Origin: Candidatus Dormiibacterota bacterium
GTDB lineage: Bacteria > Eisenbacteria > RBG-16-71-46 > SZUA-252
Direction of reading: 5' to 3'
Assembly: GCA_035635575.1 (NCBI GenBank)
Contig: DASQAV010000131.1
Location: forward strand, 9,860-73,859
DNA: 64,000 nt
A program made the translations under genes and the position numbers. Below the pieces are notes generated by a model. It ran no database searches. It was not told the origin of the DNA and saw nothing but the letters and a program-made list of their open reading frames with translations. Each line of letters opens with the position of its first letter. The stretch's first letter is position 1. Shown here one piece after another: positions 40,772-50,208 of this stretch.

Positions 40772-42041
40772 CGCCCTGGCGCGCGCCTCCGCGATTTCCT
40801 TCCTGCTGCTCGCCGCGGCATTGCCCTGGTCCGTGGCCCCGATGTCGATCGCGCTCGTGGCGTGCGCGGCGCTCACGTTCCTCGTGTGGGGCGTGCGCCG
40901 AGAGGGGTGGATGCGCACGCCCGTCGACGTTCCCGCGCTGGTCTGGCTATTGGCGTTGGTTCTCGCCTCCACGTTCTCGCTCGATCCGGGCCAAAGCTTT
41001 CCGCGTGTGGCGAAGGGCCTCCTCTTCCTCCTGGTTCCCGTCGCGGCGTATCACGGGCGCGACGAGCGGCTCGCGCGGCGCGCGGTCACGGTGCTTCTCG
41101 TCTCGGCCGTGGCGGCCGCCCTCTTCGCGCTGGGCCGCTTCGTTCTGGCCGGCCCGCATTTCCCGAACCGCGTCAAAGGCGCGGTGGGGCATCCGCTGAC
41201 CTACGGGGGACAGGGGATGCTCTTCGCCTCGCTCGCGACCGCGATCGCGATCCGGTGCCGGGGACGCTGGCGCGCGGGTGCCCTGGCCGCGCTCGTGGTC
41301 CTTCTTCCCGCACTCGCGGGAACCTACACGCGAAGCGCCTGGATCGGATACGTGGCGGCCCTCGCCGTAATCGTGGCGTTCACGCGCGCGAGGTGGCTGT
41401 GCGGGGTCGCGGGCGGCGTGGCCGCACTGGCGCTCGTGCTCCCCGGCGTCTATCGCGCGCGCGCGTTCAGCATCCTCGACCCTCAGAGCCCCTGGAACCG
41501 GGAGCGGGTCCACATGTGGGATGCCGGGCTCCGCATGTTCCGCGACCATCCGTGGACCGGAGTGGGGTTACAGGATCTCCACTCGATCTACGAGGTGTAC
41601 AAGCCGCCCGGCGCGGTAGAGCCCGCGGGGCATCTCCACAGCGTGTACGTCCAGGTGGCGGCGACCATGGGCATCGTCGGGTTGGCGGCCCTCGCCTTCC
41701 TGGTGGTGGGGCTCATGCGCGCCGCTTCACGGGCGTTCCTCGAATGGCGGAGGACGGCGGCCAGGGATCGATCTCCCTCCGGTGACTTCGCGGCCGCGAT
41801 CTCCCTGGGCGTCTCGGCGGCGTTCGTCGGGTTTCTGGTCTCGGGTCTCATGGAGTGGAACCTGGGGGACGAGGAGCTCCTGGATCTCCTCTGCGTGCTC
41901 GTGGGAATCGCGTTCGGCGCGGTCGGGTGGGCGCGCCATCGCGCGGCCAGAGGAGGCGAGGAGCTCGCTCGAATCGAGCGCGCGCCCGATCAGCGGGACG
42001 AGGCTGTTGAAGCGGGCGGCGTGACGAGCAGATTGAGGTAG
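40749..42041 (+). CDS. Second O-antigen polymerase/ligase-family membrane protein
   Basis: 430 aa, multi-TM with a Wzy_C-like periplasmic loop (…YTRSAWIGYVAALAV…). Start overlaps the end of the preceding GT4. Confidence 0.55.
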   Translation: MKPFTLPDALARASAISFLLLAAALPWSVAPMSIALVACAALTFLVWGVRREGWMRTPVDVPALVWLLALVLASTFSLDPGQSFPRVAKGLLFLLVPVAAYHGRDERLARRAVTVLLVSAVAAALFALGRFVLAGPHFPNRVKGAVGHPLTYGGQGMLFASLATAIAIRCRGRWRAGALAALVVLLPALAGTYTRSAWIGYVAALAVIVAFTRARWLCGVAGGVAALALVLPGVYRARAFSILDPQSPWNRERVHMWDAGLRMFRDHPWTGVGLQDLHSIYEVYKPPGAVEPAGHLHSVYVQVAATMGIVGLAALAFLVVGLMRAASRAFLEWRRTAARDRSPSGDFAAAISLGVSAAFVGFLVSGLMEWNLGDEELLDLLCVLVGIAFGAVGWARHRAARGGEELARIERAPDQRDEAVEAGGVTSRLR

Positions 42042-42895
42042 GGATACCAGGCTTGCCGCGGCGCCCGGCCGCGTGACAGGAGCTGAGCCCCTACGCGAAT
42101 CATCGCGAAGGCCGCGCGCTTCCAGGGCGGCTTGCCTTCCATGGGGAACAGCGGTTTCGCCACGTCGAGCGGCGGATACACCAGCTCGTCCGGAACGAAT
42201 CTCACCCCGAGCCCATGCCGCTCGAGACGCCGGCGGATCGAGGCGTACGTTCGATAGTGCACGTCCCACGTCTCGTCTCGTGAGATCGCGTACCGGTGAC
42301 TCGAGCCGCGCAGGCGCACGTACCACTCCGCCATGCGCCGCGGCATCCAGGGCACGAGCCGGAGCGCGGTGTGGTCGTCCTTGGTCTGGAACCGGTTGGG
42401 CACCTGCACGAAGATCCCGCCCGAGCAGACCCGCGCGAGCTCCGGCAACACCCGCTCCAGCACTTCGTCGCTCAGGTGCTCCAGCACGACGAAGAGGGTC
42501 ACCAGGTCGAAGGACTTGTCCGGGAACGGCAGCCTCCCGACGTCGTTCAGGACGAAGCGGGTTTCTGGAATTTCGTTTTCCCGGGCGAGAAGCCGTGCGA
42601 GCGCGAGATGCTCCTCGTGCAGGTCGATCCCCACGGTCTCGTAGCCGAGGGTGTTCATGAGAACGGTCAGCTCCCCCAGTCCGCACCCGAAGTCGAGAAT
42701 TCGAGGCGTGCCGCGCACGCCACACTCCGAGGCGAGGTAGGGCAGGAGCCGTCCGAGCCATCGCGCGTACCCCGCGTCGGTCTGCTCGGTCTTGGACAAT
42801 ATGTCGCGTGTGATCGGCTCGTGGACGCGCGTTCCCCGGAGGGGCTCCAGACGTGTCCGGACCGCCTCCAGAAAGCGCTCCGCCTTGAGCGGCAT
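41990..42895 (-). CDS. Class I SAM-dependent methyltransferase
   Basis: Motif I ILDFGCGLGELT and downstream D…FDLV… blocks. Start taken at the internal Met (MPLKAERF…) because the 35-aa extension in the ORF track overlaps the upstream GT4 gene. Confidence 0.6.
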   Translation of the reverse strand: MPLKAERFLEAVRTRLEPLRGTRVHEPITRDILSKTEQTDAGYARWLGRLLPYLASECGVRGTPRILDFGCGLGELTVLMNTLGYETVGIDLHEEHLALARLLARENEIPETRFVLNDVGRLPFPDKSFDLVTLFVVLEHLSDEVLERVLPELARVCSGGIFVQVPNRFQTKDDHTALRLVPWMPRRMAEWYVRLRGSSHRYAISRDETWDVHYRTYASIRRRLERHGLGVRFVPDELVYPPLDVAKPLFPMEGKPPWKRAAFAMIRVGAQLLSRGRAPRQAWYPYLNLLVTPPASTASSR

Positions 42896-42896
42896 C

Positions 42897-43979
42897 TCAG
42901 CCTCGCCCGCGCCGCTCGACGGCACGCCGGAGCGCCTGCTCGAACTGCCGGGCCGCGACCGACACGTCGAACCCGCGCGCCCGGGCACGGCCCGCTTCAC
43001 CCATCCGCGCGCGAAGGTCCGCGTGGCCCAGCAGCCGGAGCATCGCGGCGGCCATTCCTTCCACGTCCCGGGGAGGCACGAGAATCCCGTTCAGGCCGTC
43101 CTCGATGATCTCGGGCACGGCCCCGACCCGGGTCGAGACGGCGGGGCATCCCCCGGCCATCGCCTCGAGCGGGGGAAGGCCGTAGCCCTCGTAGCGGCTG
43201 GGAAAGAGGAGCACCGCCGCCTCGGCGTAGAGCGTTCGCAGGGCCGCGTCGTCCGGATTCTCCACGTAGTCCACGAAGTCTGGAATCTCCCCGGCGCGCC
43301 TCCGGCCGAAGCAGCGCAGACGCGCCGCCGGAATCTCGCGGCGGACGCGCTCGAACGCGGCGAATCCGTCCACCGCTCCCTTGCGCTCCCCGGGGGCGTG
43401 CGGCATGAGCACCCCGGATCGGGCGGGCCGAGGCACGGGACACTCGGACCAGAAGGACACGTCGATGCCGTTCCGGACCACGGCGTCCGCCTCGACCCCC
43501 ACCTCGTCGCGAAGAAGGCGCGCGGTGTATTCCGATCCCGCGATCCGGAATAGAGGCAGCCGGTAGGTGGCGTCCACATCTCTCGGGAGGCCGCTGTCGA
43601 TCTCCCGGTGCTGGACGATGTAGCACTTCGCGCCCTTCCCGGGAGACAGCCGCGAGATCGAGCGCGCCGTCGGCCAGGCGGTCGCGACGATGGCGTCCGC
43701 GTCGGGTACGAACCGGTTGTTGATGCTCGGCACCATCCGGCTTTCTCTCAGGGCCGGTTGCCGGGGCGGCTTGGTGCCGTGCAGCACGTTGTTCCTGAGT
43801 CCGCCCAGCCAGGAGCGCACGCCCGCGAACCGGCGCGCCGAATCTCGAAAGCGGTAGGGGATCATGGGGAAGAGGACCGTGGTGTCGTGCCCCGCGGCCC
43901 GGAGAAGGTCGGCGTAATCGAAGGCGACGCGGGCGCCGCCGGTGAAGGACGGGGCGGGAAGAATGAACGTGACCTTCAT
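42897..43979 (-). CDS. Glycosyltransferase family 4
   Basis: RYEGYGLPPLEAMAGGCPAVSTRVGAVPE motif. 360 aa. Confidence 0.75.
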   Translation of the reverse strand: MKVTFILPAPSFTGGARVAFDYADLLRAAGHDTTVLFPMIPYRFRDSARRFAGVRSWLGGLRNNVLHGTKPPRQPALRESRMVPSINNRFVPDADAIVATAWPTARSISRLSPGKGAKCYIVQHREIDSGLPRDVDATYRLPLFRIAGSEYTARLLRDEVGVEADAVVRNGIDVSFWSECPVPRPARSGVLMPHAPGERKGAVDGFAAFERVRREIPAARLRCFGRRRAGEIPDFVDYVENPDDAALRTLYAEAAVLLFPSRYEGYGLPPLEAMAGGCPAVSTRVGAVPEIIEDGLNGILVPPRDVEGMAAAMLRLLGHADLRARMGEAGRARARGFDVSVAARQFEQALRRAVERRGRG

Positions 43980-45541
43980 CCGGCCGCGCGCCTCCGGGGA
44001 TACGGCAGAAGGACCCGCACTTCTTCAAGCTTTACGTAGCGCGCCGCGGTCAGGACGCCCAGGACGACGAGGGCCGACACGCCGCCCAGGGCACCCGCCG
44101 CGATCCAGGCCACGAGCCCGGCCGAGGCGGGCATCACGCGATCGAGAGCCAGGGCACAGAGCCATCCCGCCGCCACCGCGAGCGTGGGGACGAGGTGCGG
44201 CGTGAGGAACACCTCGCGCCTCGTCCAGCCGAAGAGGGAACGGAAGCGCGCGAGAAAATAGACCGAGCCCGCCGCGTTGGAGACGATCCAGGCCACGAGC
44301 GCGCCCCGGAGCCCCCAGCGCGGGATCAACACGAGGCTGAGCAAGAGATGCGAGCCCGCCACCACGCCCGCGAACCGAGCCTCGACGTCGGGCCGCCCGA
44401 TTCCGCGCACGAGGGTCGTTCCCATTCCGGTGGTCAGGGCGGCCGCGAATCCGATCGCGAGCGCCCGGAGCACCATAGCGGAATCCTCGTGCCCCGGCCC
44501 GAGCCACGCGATGAAGACGCGGCTGCCCGCGCCGAGCACCACCGCGAGCACGATCGCTCCCGCGCTCAGCACGAAGCGCGCGCCCCTGCGATAGAGCTCG
44601 CGCAGGCGCTCCCGATCCTGGGTGGCGTGGAACGCGGCCGCCGTGGGGAGCACGGCGAGGAGGAGAAACTGGGGAAAGACGCTCGCGGAGATGGCGACCC
44701 TGGCCCCCAGCTCGTAGGGGGTGATCGCGGCCAGGGCGATGAACGCCCCGAGCAGGAACTTGTCGATCTGCTGATGAAGCGCCGAGAAGATCCCCGCGAG
44801 CTGCATCGGGCCGCCGAAGGCGAGCGCCTCCCGAACGTGGGGCCGCGCGCGCGGCCACGAGCCAAAGCGGAACTCGCGCACCTTCATGCGCAGAAGAAGC
44901 GCCGCGCAGAGCATCCCCAGAAGCCAGGACCCCATCATGCCCAGCACCAGGCCCCGGAGCCCCAGCCCGAAGCGAAGCGCCAGCAAGATTCCGAGCCCCT
45001 GGAAGATCGTGATCGCCACCGCGACCGAATTCGCGAGGTCGAACCGGCCGTACGCCTGGAGCACGGACATGACGACGTTCACGACTCCCGCCAGGGCGAA
45101 CGCGGCGCCCCCGGCGATCAGCGCGAATCGGGCGACGCCGGCCTGGGCGGGCGGAACGTGCAGGAGGCGGAGCGCGAAATCGCCCAGGAGAAACAGGACC
45201 GCGATCCACACCAGGCCGAGCGCGAAGAAGCCCAGGATCCCGAGCGTCGCGAAGGCGCCGGCCTCCTCGTGCGCGTCCCGGGCGCGCGCCCCCGCGACGT
45301 GGCGAAGGGTTCCCTGCACCAGTCCCAGATCGAAGGCGGAGAGGTATCCCGTGAGCGCGAAGAAGAGCGACCAGATGGCGTACCCCTCCGTCCCCACGGC
45401 ACGGAGGATGCGCGGCGTGAAGACGAGCCAGAGGAGGACGCTGAGCACCCGCCCCGACGCGGCGTGGAGCGTGTTCGTCGCCAGACGCCGGCCGGTGCCG
45501 CCGCGGCTTCCGATCTCGATCCCGGGCTCTACCGGCTCCAC
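43976..45541 (-). CDS. Second polysaccharide flippase (Wzx/MOP superfamily)
   Basis: About 12-14 TM helices. Start placed at in-frame GTG (45541) just after the upstream GT4 stop, rather than the tracked ATG at 45607, which would overlap that gene by 62 nt. Confidence 0.6.
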   Translation of the reverse strand: MEPVEPGIEIGSRGGTGRRLATNTLHAASGRVLSVLLWLVFTPRILRAVGTEGYAIWSLFFALTGYLSAFDLGLVQGTLRHVAGARARDAHEEAGAFATLGILGFFALGLVWIAVLFLLGDFALRLLHVPPAQAGVARFALIAGGAAFALAGVVNVVMSVLQAYGRFDLANSVAVAITIFQGLGILLALRFGLGLRGLVLGMMGSWLLGMLCAALLLRMKVREFRFGSWPRARPHVREALAFGGPMQLAGIFSALHQQIDKFLLGAFIALAAITPYELGARVAISASVFPQFLLLAVLPTAAAFHATQDRERLRELYRRGARFVLSAGAIVLAVVLGAGSRVFIAWLGPGHEDSAMVLRALAIGFAAALTTGMGTTLVRGIGRPDVEARFAGVVAGSHLLLSLVLIPRWGLRGALVAWIVSNAAGSVYFLARFRSLFGWTRREVFLTPHLVPTLAVAAGWLCALALDRVMPASAGLVAWIAAGALGGVSALVVLGVLTAARYVKLEEVRVLLPYPRRRAAG

Positions 45542-45545
45542 CGGC

Positions 45546-46697
45546 TCAACGCGTTCCAAGGGAGATCGCCTCCTGATAGACGGCAAGGGTAGCGCGTGCC
45601 GTCTCATGCCAGGTGAACCGTGCTGCCTGAACCGGCCCCGCCGCGCGGAGCCGGCGCGCCACCGCTTCGTCCGTGACCGCGCGGCGCATCGCCTCGGCCA
45701 GCGCCCGCACGTCGTCCGGCGCCACCGTCAGCGCCGCGTCCCCGGCCACTTCGGGAAGGCTCGACGTGTTCGAGGTGACGACCGGGGTGCCGCACGCCAT
45801 CGCTTCGAGCACCGGCAGCCCGAATCCTTCGAAGAGGGAGGGATACACCACGGCCGCCGCCTTCCGATAGAGCGCCGGCAGATCGCGGTCGAGGACGCGG
45901 CCGACGCGAAGGACGTGACCCTCCAGGCCCTCGGAGGCGAGGCGGTCGAGTACCGGCCGATAGCCCCATCCCAATCCCCCCGCGAGCACGAGCCGGTGCG
46001 GAATCCCCCGTCCGCGGAGCAGGGCGAACGCGTCGAGGAGGCGCAGGAGATTCTTCCGCGGCTCGAGCGTCCCGAGGAACAACAAGAAAGGCGGGCGGAT
46101 TCCGTACCGTTCCAGCGCCGCCGCGTCGTCGGGACCCTCTCGTGGAGTGAAACGCTCCTCGTCGTAGCCGTCGGGCACGACGCGCATCCGGGCTGGATGG
46201 ATCCCGGTCCGGAGGGCCAGCTCCTCCGCCGTGGCGCGCGAGGGAACGATCACCAGCTTCGCCCGCTTGCAAGCGCGGGGCACCATCTGCCGCAGATGGA
46301 AGCGGCTGAGTTTCGAATGGACCTCGGGATGGCTCATGAAGGTGATGTCCTGCACGGTGACCACGCTGGGCAGGCCTCCCACGTGCGGCACGATCGAGTT
46401 CGACGCATGGATCAGGTCCGCCTCCGGCAGCATGCCGCGGAGCGAGATGCCGGTAACCTGAGAGGAGAGCGAGAGCGCGCGCCAGGCGCGGTCCCGCCAC
46501 GGGAGATTCTTCCGCCGGAGCCCCAGAAGCCAGGGCGGCGTCTCGATCTCGATCGGGCCCATCGTCGCATACGGAAGGAGCACGGGCGGCTGGGGCAGCT
46601 CGAGGAGCCCGTGGCAGAGCTCCCGCACGTAGCGCGCGTTTCCCGCTCCCTCGTGAAGTCCCGCCGAGACGTCGATCGCGACGCGCGGGGCGCTCAC
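45546..46697 (-). CDS. Glycosyltransferase family 4
   Basis: GTG start overlaps the upstream GT2 stop (GTGA). C-terminal EGFGLPVLEAMACGTPVVTS signature. The longer tracked ORF (to 47171) runs through the GT2 gene in another frame. Confidence 0.7.
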   Translation of the reverse strand: MSAPRVAIDVSAGLHEGAGNARYVRELCHGLLELPQPPVLLPYATMGPIEIETPPWLLGLRRKNLPWRDRAWRALSLSSQVTGISLRGMLPEADLIHASNSIVPHVGGLPSVVTVQDITFMSHPEVHSKLSRFHLRQMVPRACKRAKLVIVPSRATAEELALRTGIHPARMRVVPDGYDEERFTPREGPDDAAALERYGIRPPFLLFLGTLEPRKNLLRLLDAFALLRGRGIPHRLVLAGGLGWGYRPVLDRLASEGLEGHVLRVGRVLDRDLPALYRKAAAVVYPSLFEGFGLPVLEAMACGTPVVTSNTSSLPEVAGDAALTVAPDDVRALAEAMRRAVTDEAVARRLRAAGPVQAARFTWHETARATLAVYQEAISLGTR

Positions 46698-47614
46698 CGT
46701 GCGAGAAGCCAGGTGAGCTCGTCCCGGTGGAGCCGCAGCGAAGCCATCGCGGCGCGGCTCCCGCCGCGGATCCAGGCAGGGATGGCGCGCCGGACCGCCT
46801 TGAGCAGCGTGAGCAAGAGGGAGAGTCCCGTCACCGCGGCAGCCGCGAATCCGGGGCGGTGCTTTCTCATGAGCAGGACGTAGGCGCGCTGGATCATCAG
46901 GCTCGTGCGCTCGCGCGTCTTCCTCCAGCTCCCGCCCCATCCGTGCTCGATGACCGCCTCGGGGAGATACACCACCCGCCAGCCCGCGTCGTGCAGGCGC
47001 CAGCAGAGGTCCACGTCCTCGCCGAAGAAGAAGAAATCCTCGTCGAGGAGTCCCACCTGGGCCAGCGCTTCCGCGCGGAGGATCAGCGCCGCCCCGCAGA
47101 GCTCGTCCACGTCGCAGGTCAGGCCGTAATCGCGCCGCTCGAATCGATCCGCCGTCGCGCGGCGCACCCATCCCGGAACCGGCGTGATGGCGACCATGGA
47201 CGCAAGGAGCGTGGGGAAGGCGCGGCCCGTGGGCTGGAGCGTTCCGTCGAAGTGGCGAAGCTGCGGCCCGCAGGCGCCCACGCGCGGATGCGCGTCCAGG
47301 TAGGCGACGAGACGCCGCAGGGCGCCCTCCGGAACGCGCGTGTCGGAGTTGAGGAGCATGCGGTAGCGCCCGTGGGCGAAGGTCAGCCCCTGGTTCGAAG
47401 CGCGGGCAAATCCGAGGTTCTCCTGGTTCTGGATGAGGCGCACTCCGGGAAACTCGGCCGCGACCATCGAGGCGCTCCCGTCCTGGGAGTCGTTATCGAC
47501 CACGAACACCTCGGTGGAGACGCCCGCCTCGCCTCGCAGGGATTGGAGGCAATCCGAGAGGAGGTCGCGCGTGTTCCAGCTGACGATGACGATGCTGACG
47601 TCGGGAAGGCTCAT
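46694..47614 (-). CDS. Glycosyltransferase family 2
   Basis: N-terminal GT-A signature VSIVIVSWNTRDLL…FVVDNDSQDGS with DxD-like region …FGEDVDLCWRL. Start taken at MSLPDVS (47614) rather than the tracked 47713. Confidence 0.7.
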   Translation of the reverse strand: MSLPDVSIVIVSWNTRDLLSDCLQSLRGEAGVSTEVFVVDNDSQDGSASMVAAEFPGVRLIQNQENLGFARASNQGLTFAHGRYRMLLNSDTRVPEGALRRLVAYLDAHPRVGACGPQLRHFDGTLQPTGRAFPTLLASMVAITPVPGWVRRATADRFERRDYGLTCDVDELCGAALILRAEALAQVGLLDEDFFFFGEDVDLCWRLHDAGWRVVYLPEAVIEHGWGGSWRKTRERTSLMIQRAYVLLMRKHRPGFAAAAVTGLSLLLTLLKAVRRAIPAWIRGGSRAAMASLRLHRDELTWLLAR

Positions 47615-47711
47615 GGGTTCGGAAGGCGGTCTCGCGCCGGGCGGGATTGTATCAATAACCGGTGATCTGGGGTAAGCTCCAGCCGCTCGCGCGCTTCGCG
47701 CGGCGAACCCC

Positions 47712-49112
47712 ATGATCGGAAAGAATCGTCAACTCTTCGCCACCGGCGCGTTTCTCCTCGACGGTGTCCTGATCGCGGCATCCTGGCTCGCCGCCTACGG
47801 GCTGCGATTCCACGGGCTGGGTATCGCCACTCCCCTCGGCGTGCCGCCCCTTTCCCTCTATCTCTGGTTCGGGGCCGTGCTCACGCCGGTCGCGCTCCTC
47901 ATCCTGAGATCGCTCCACATCTATCGCTCCACGCGCACCGCGCGGCTCTCCCAGGAGATGTTCGCGCTCGTCCAGGGAGTCGTCGCGATCACGGCCCTCG
48001 CGGGCCTCGGCTCCTACTTCTCACGCGGAGAGCTGAGCCGCTCCGTGCTGCTCCTCTTTGCCGTGATCGCATCCCTGGCGCTCTGCGTCACGCACGCTCT
48101 GGGAAGGTTCACGCTGCGCGCGATGCGCCGGAACCGCCGCAATCTCCGGCACGTCCTCATCGTGGGCACGGGGGAGCTGGCCGCCGAGCTCGAGCGAAAG
48201 ATGACCTCGGAGGGGGATTTTGGATTCGCGGTGGAAGGCATGGTCGCGGCCCGCGCGGAGGAGACCGGCGGGACGATCGGGTCCACGAAGGTCCTGGGCT
48301 CGGTTGCCGACCTGCCGGAGCTGGTGGAGCGGAGCGGGGCGGAGCTGGTCTACCTCGCGCTGAACCGGAACGAGCACGAGGCGGAGCTGGAGGCGCTGGA
48401 GCGTCTGAACGACTCGACCGCCGCGGTCCGGCTGGTTCCGGATCTCGCACGCACCTTCACGCTGAACGCGAGCGTCGAGGATTTCGCCGGGACGCCGGTG
48501 ATCCTCGTGACCGAGAGCCCGGGCCAGGGATGGAACGCGGTGCTCAAGCGGGTCTTCGATCTCACCTTCGCGGCGATCGGGCTCATCCTCCTTTCGCCGG
48601 TGCTTCTCTTGATCGCGATCGCGGTTCGCCTGGACTCGCCCGGTCCCGCGCTCTACGGGCAGGAGCGCGTGGGGCTCAGCGGCCAGCGCTTCAAGATGTA
48701 CAAGTTCCGAACCATGCGCCAGGACGCGGAGCCGGAGGGGAACGCGGTGTGGGCCCGGCCGGGGGATCCGCGCAGGACGCGGCTGGGGTCGCTCCTACGG
48801 CGCACCTCGCTCGATGAGCTGCCTCAGCTCTGGAACGTGCTCGTGGGGCACATGAGCCTCGTGGGTCCGCGCCCCGAGCGTCCCCACTTCGTGAAGCAGT
48901 TTCGCGCCCAGATCCCGCGCTACATGCTCCGCCACCACGTGAAGGCCGGCATCACCGGATGGGCGCAGGTGAACGGGCTTCGCGGCGACACCCCGCTCGA
49001 TCGGCGGATCGAGTACGATCTCTACTACATCCAGAACTGGTCGATGGGATTCGACGTGAAGATCCTTCTTCTCACCGTGCTCCGCGTGTTTCGCGACCAG
49101 AGCGCCCATTAG
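47712..49112 (+). CDS. Undecaprenyl-phosphate hexose-1-phosphate transferase (WcaJ/WbaP-type bacterial sugar transferase)
   Basis: Four to five N-terminal TM helices and a central linker. C-terminal Bac_transf domain with KRVFDL…, PGPALY, KFRTM, DELPQL and GxMSLVGPRP motifs. Confidence 0.85.
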   Translation: MIGKNRQLFATGAFLLDGVLIAASWLAAYGLRFHGLGIATPLGVPPLSLYLWFGAVLTPVALLILRSLHIYRSTRTARLSQEMFALVQGVVAITALAGLGSYFSRGELSRSVLLLFAVIASLALCVTHALGRFTLRAMRRNRRNLRHVLIVGTGELAAELERKMTSEGDFGFAVEGMVAARAEETGGTIGSTKVLGSVADLPELVERSGAELVYLALNRNEHEAELEALERLNDSTAAVRLVPDLARTFTLNASVEDFAGTPVILVTESPGQGWNAVLKRVFDLTFAAIGLILLSPVLLLIAIAVRLDSPGPALYGQERVGLSGQRFKMYKFRTMRQDAEPEGNAVWARPGDPRRTRLGSLLRRTSLDELPQLWNVLVGHMSLVGPRPERPHFVKQFRAQIPRYMLRHHVKAGITGWAQVNGLRGDTPLDRRIEYDLYYIQNWSMGFDVKILLLTVLRVFRDQSAH

Positions 49113-49113
49113 C

Positions 49114-50121
49114 GTGCTCGAAGTCGCTCCCCTCGCCTTCTTCTCGGCCCTGGCGTTGACGCCCCTCGCGCGGCGCCTCGCGCGCGCGACCGGCTACGTG
49201 GATGATCCCGCCGCGCGCAAGGCGCACGCGCAATCCACGCCCCTCCTCGGGGGAGCCGCCGTCGCGGCGGCGCTCGTGATCGCGCCGCTCCTCGCGCGAG
49301 CGATGGGCGCCTCCCCGATCGCGGCGCCCACCACGGGGGTCGTGGTGGGGGCGCTCATCGCGCTCGCGCTGGGATTGATCGACGACCGCCGGCCACTGGG
49401 TCCCAAGTCAAAGCTCCTGGGGCAGCTCTTGGCGGGGGCCTGCCTCGTCTACTGGGGGACCTCGGTGCCGGAGCTCCGCCTGAACCCCATCCTGGGAATC
49501 CTCGCGGTGGTCGCGGTCGCGGCGTTGCTCAACGCGATGAACTTCCTGGACAACATGGACGGCATCCTTGGCGCGCTCGTCCCGGTGACCGCGTGCGGCT
49601 TCGCGGCGCTCGCCCTGATCCACGGCACGCCCGTGGACCTTGGCCTCGCGTTCGGGCTGATCGGCGCGTGCGCCGGATTCCTTGTCTATAACGCGCCCCC
49701 CGCGCGGATCTTTCTTGGCGACGCGGGCAGCCATCTCCTCGGCTTCAGCCTCGCGGCGCTCGCGCTGCAGTCGCTCCAGGGATCCTTCACGCTGCCGCAT
49801 CTCGCCGCGGTCCTTCTCATCCTTGCGTATCCGATTTTTGACGCCACGTTCGTGGTGTGGGACCGCGTTGTAGGACGCCGTCCATTCTACGTAGGCGGTA
49901 CGGACCACACGACACATCGGCTCGGGAAGCGCTTCGGGAAGTGGGGAACCATCGCAATCGTGTCACTTGCGTCCTCTCTGAACGCATGGCTCGGCGTATG
50001 GACCTGGGGGCGTTCCGACGCCTTGTCAATCGTCTGCGTTTTATGCGTTTCTGCCCTTGGATACGCCCTTTTTGGCACCGTGCTGAGACACATCAGTCCC
50101 ACCACCCAGTTCGTCACTTGA
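49114..50121 (+). CDS. Polyprenyl-phosphate N-acetylhexosamine-1-phosphate transferase (WecA/MraY-family)
   Basis: GTG start 2 nt after the previous stop. Multi-TM protein with the family's NFLDNMDG and FLGDAGS motifs. Confidence 0.8.
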   Translation: MLEVAPLAFFSALALTPLARRLARATGYVDDPAARKAHAQSTPLLGGAAVAAALVIAPLLARAMGASPIAAPTTGVVVGALIALALGLIDDRRPLGPKSKLLGQLLAGACLVYWGTSVPELRLNPILGILAVVAVAALLNAMNFLDNMDGILGALVPVTACGFAALALIHGTPVDLGLAFGLIGACAGFLVYNAPPARIFLGDAGSHLLGFSLAALALQSLQGSFTLPHLAAVLLILAYPIFDATFVVWDRVVGRRPFYVGGTDHTTHRLGKRFGKWGTIAIVSLASSLNAWLGVWTWGRSDALSIVCVLCVSALGYALFGTVLRHISPTTQFVT

Positions 50122-50146
50122 CAAACTCGTTTTACACTTGTATTCT
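50118..50146 (+). promoter_or_regulatory. Candidate sigma70 promoter (-35 TTGACA, 17 nt, -10 TATTCT) upstream of the sigma54 activator gene
   Basis: Read directly: ttgaca (50118-50123), spacer aactcgttttacacttg (17 nt), tattct (50141-50146). It lies in an 87-bp intergenic segment that is unusually AT-rich for this genome. Confidence 0.4.
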
Positions 50147-50208
50147 GCCTTGACGCAGGGAGTAGGGCGCAGCCTTGCAGGCCGGAACAAAACAAGGGGT
50201 GGGGAACA

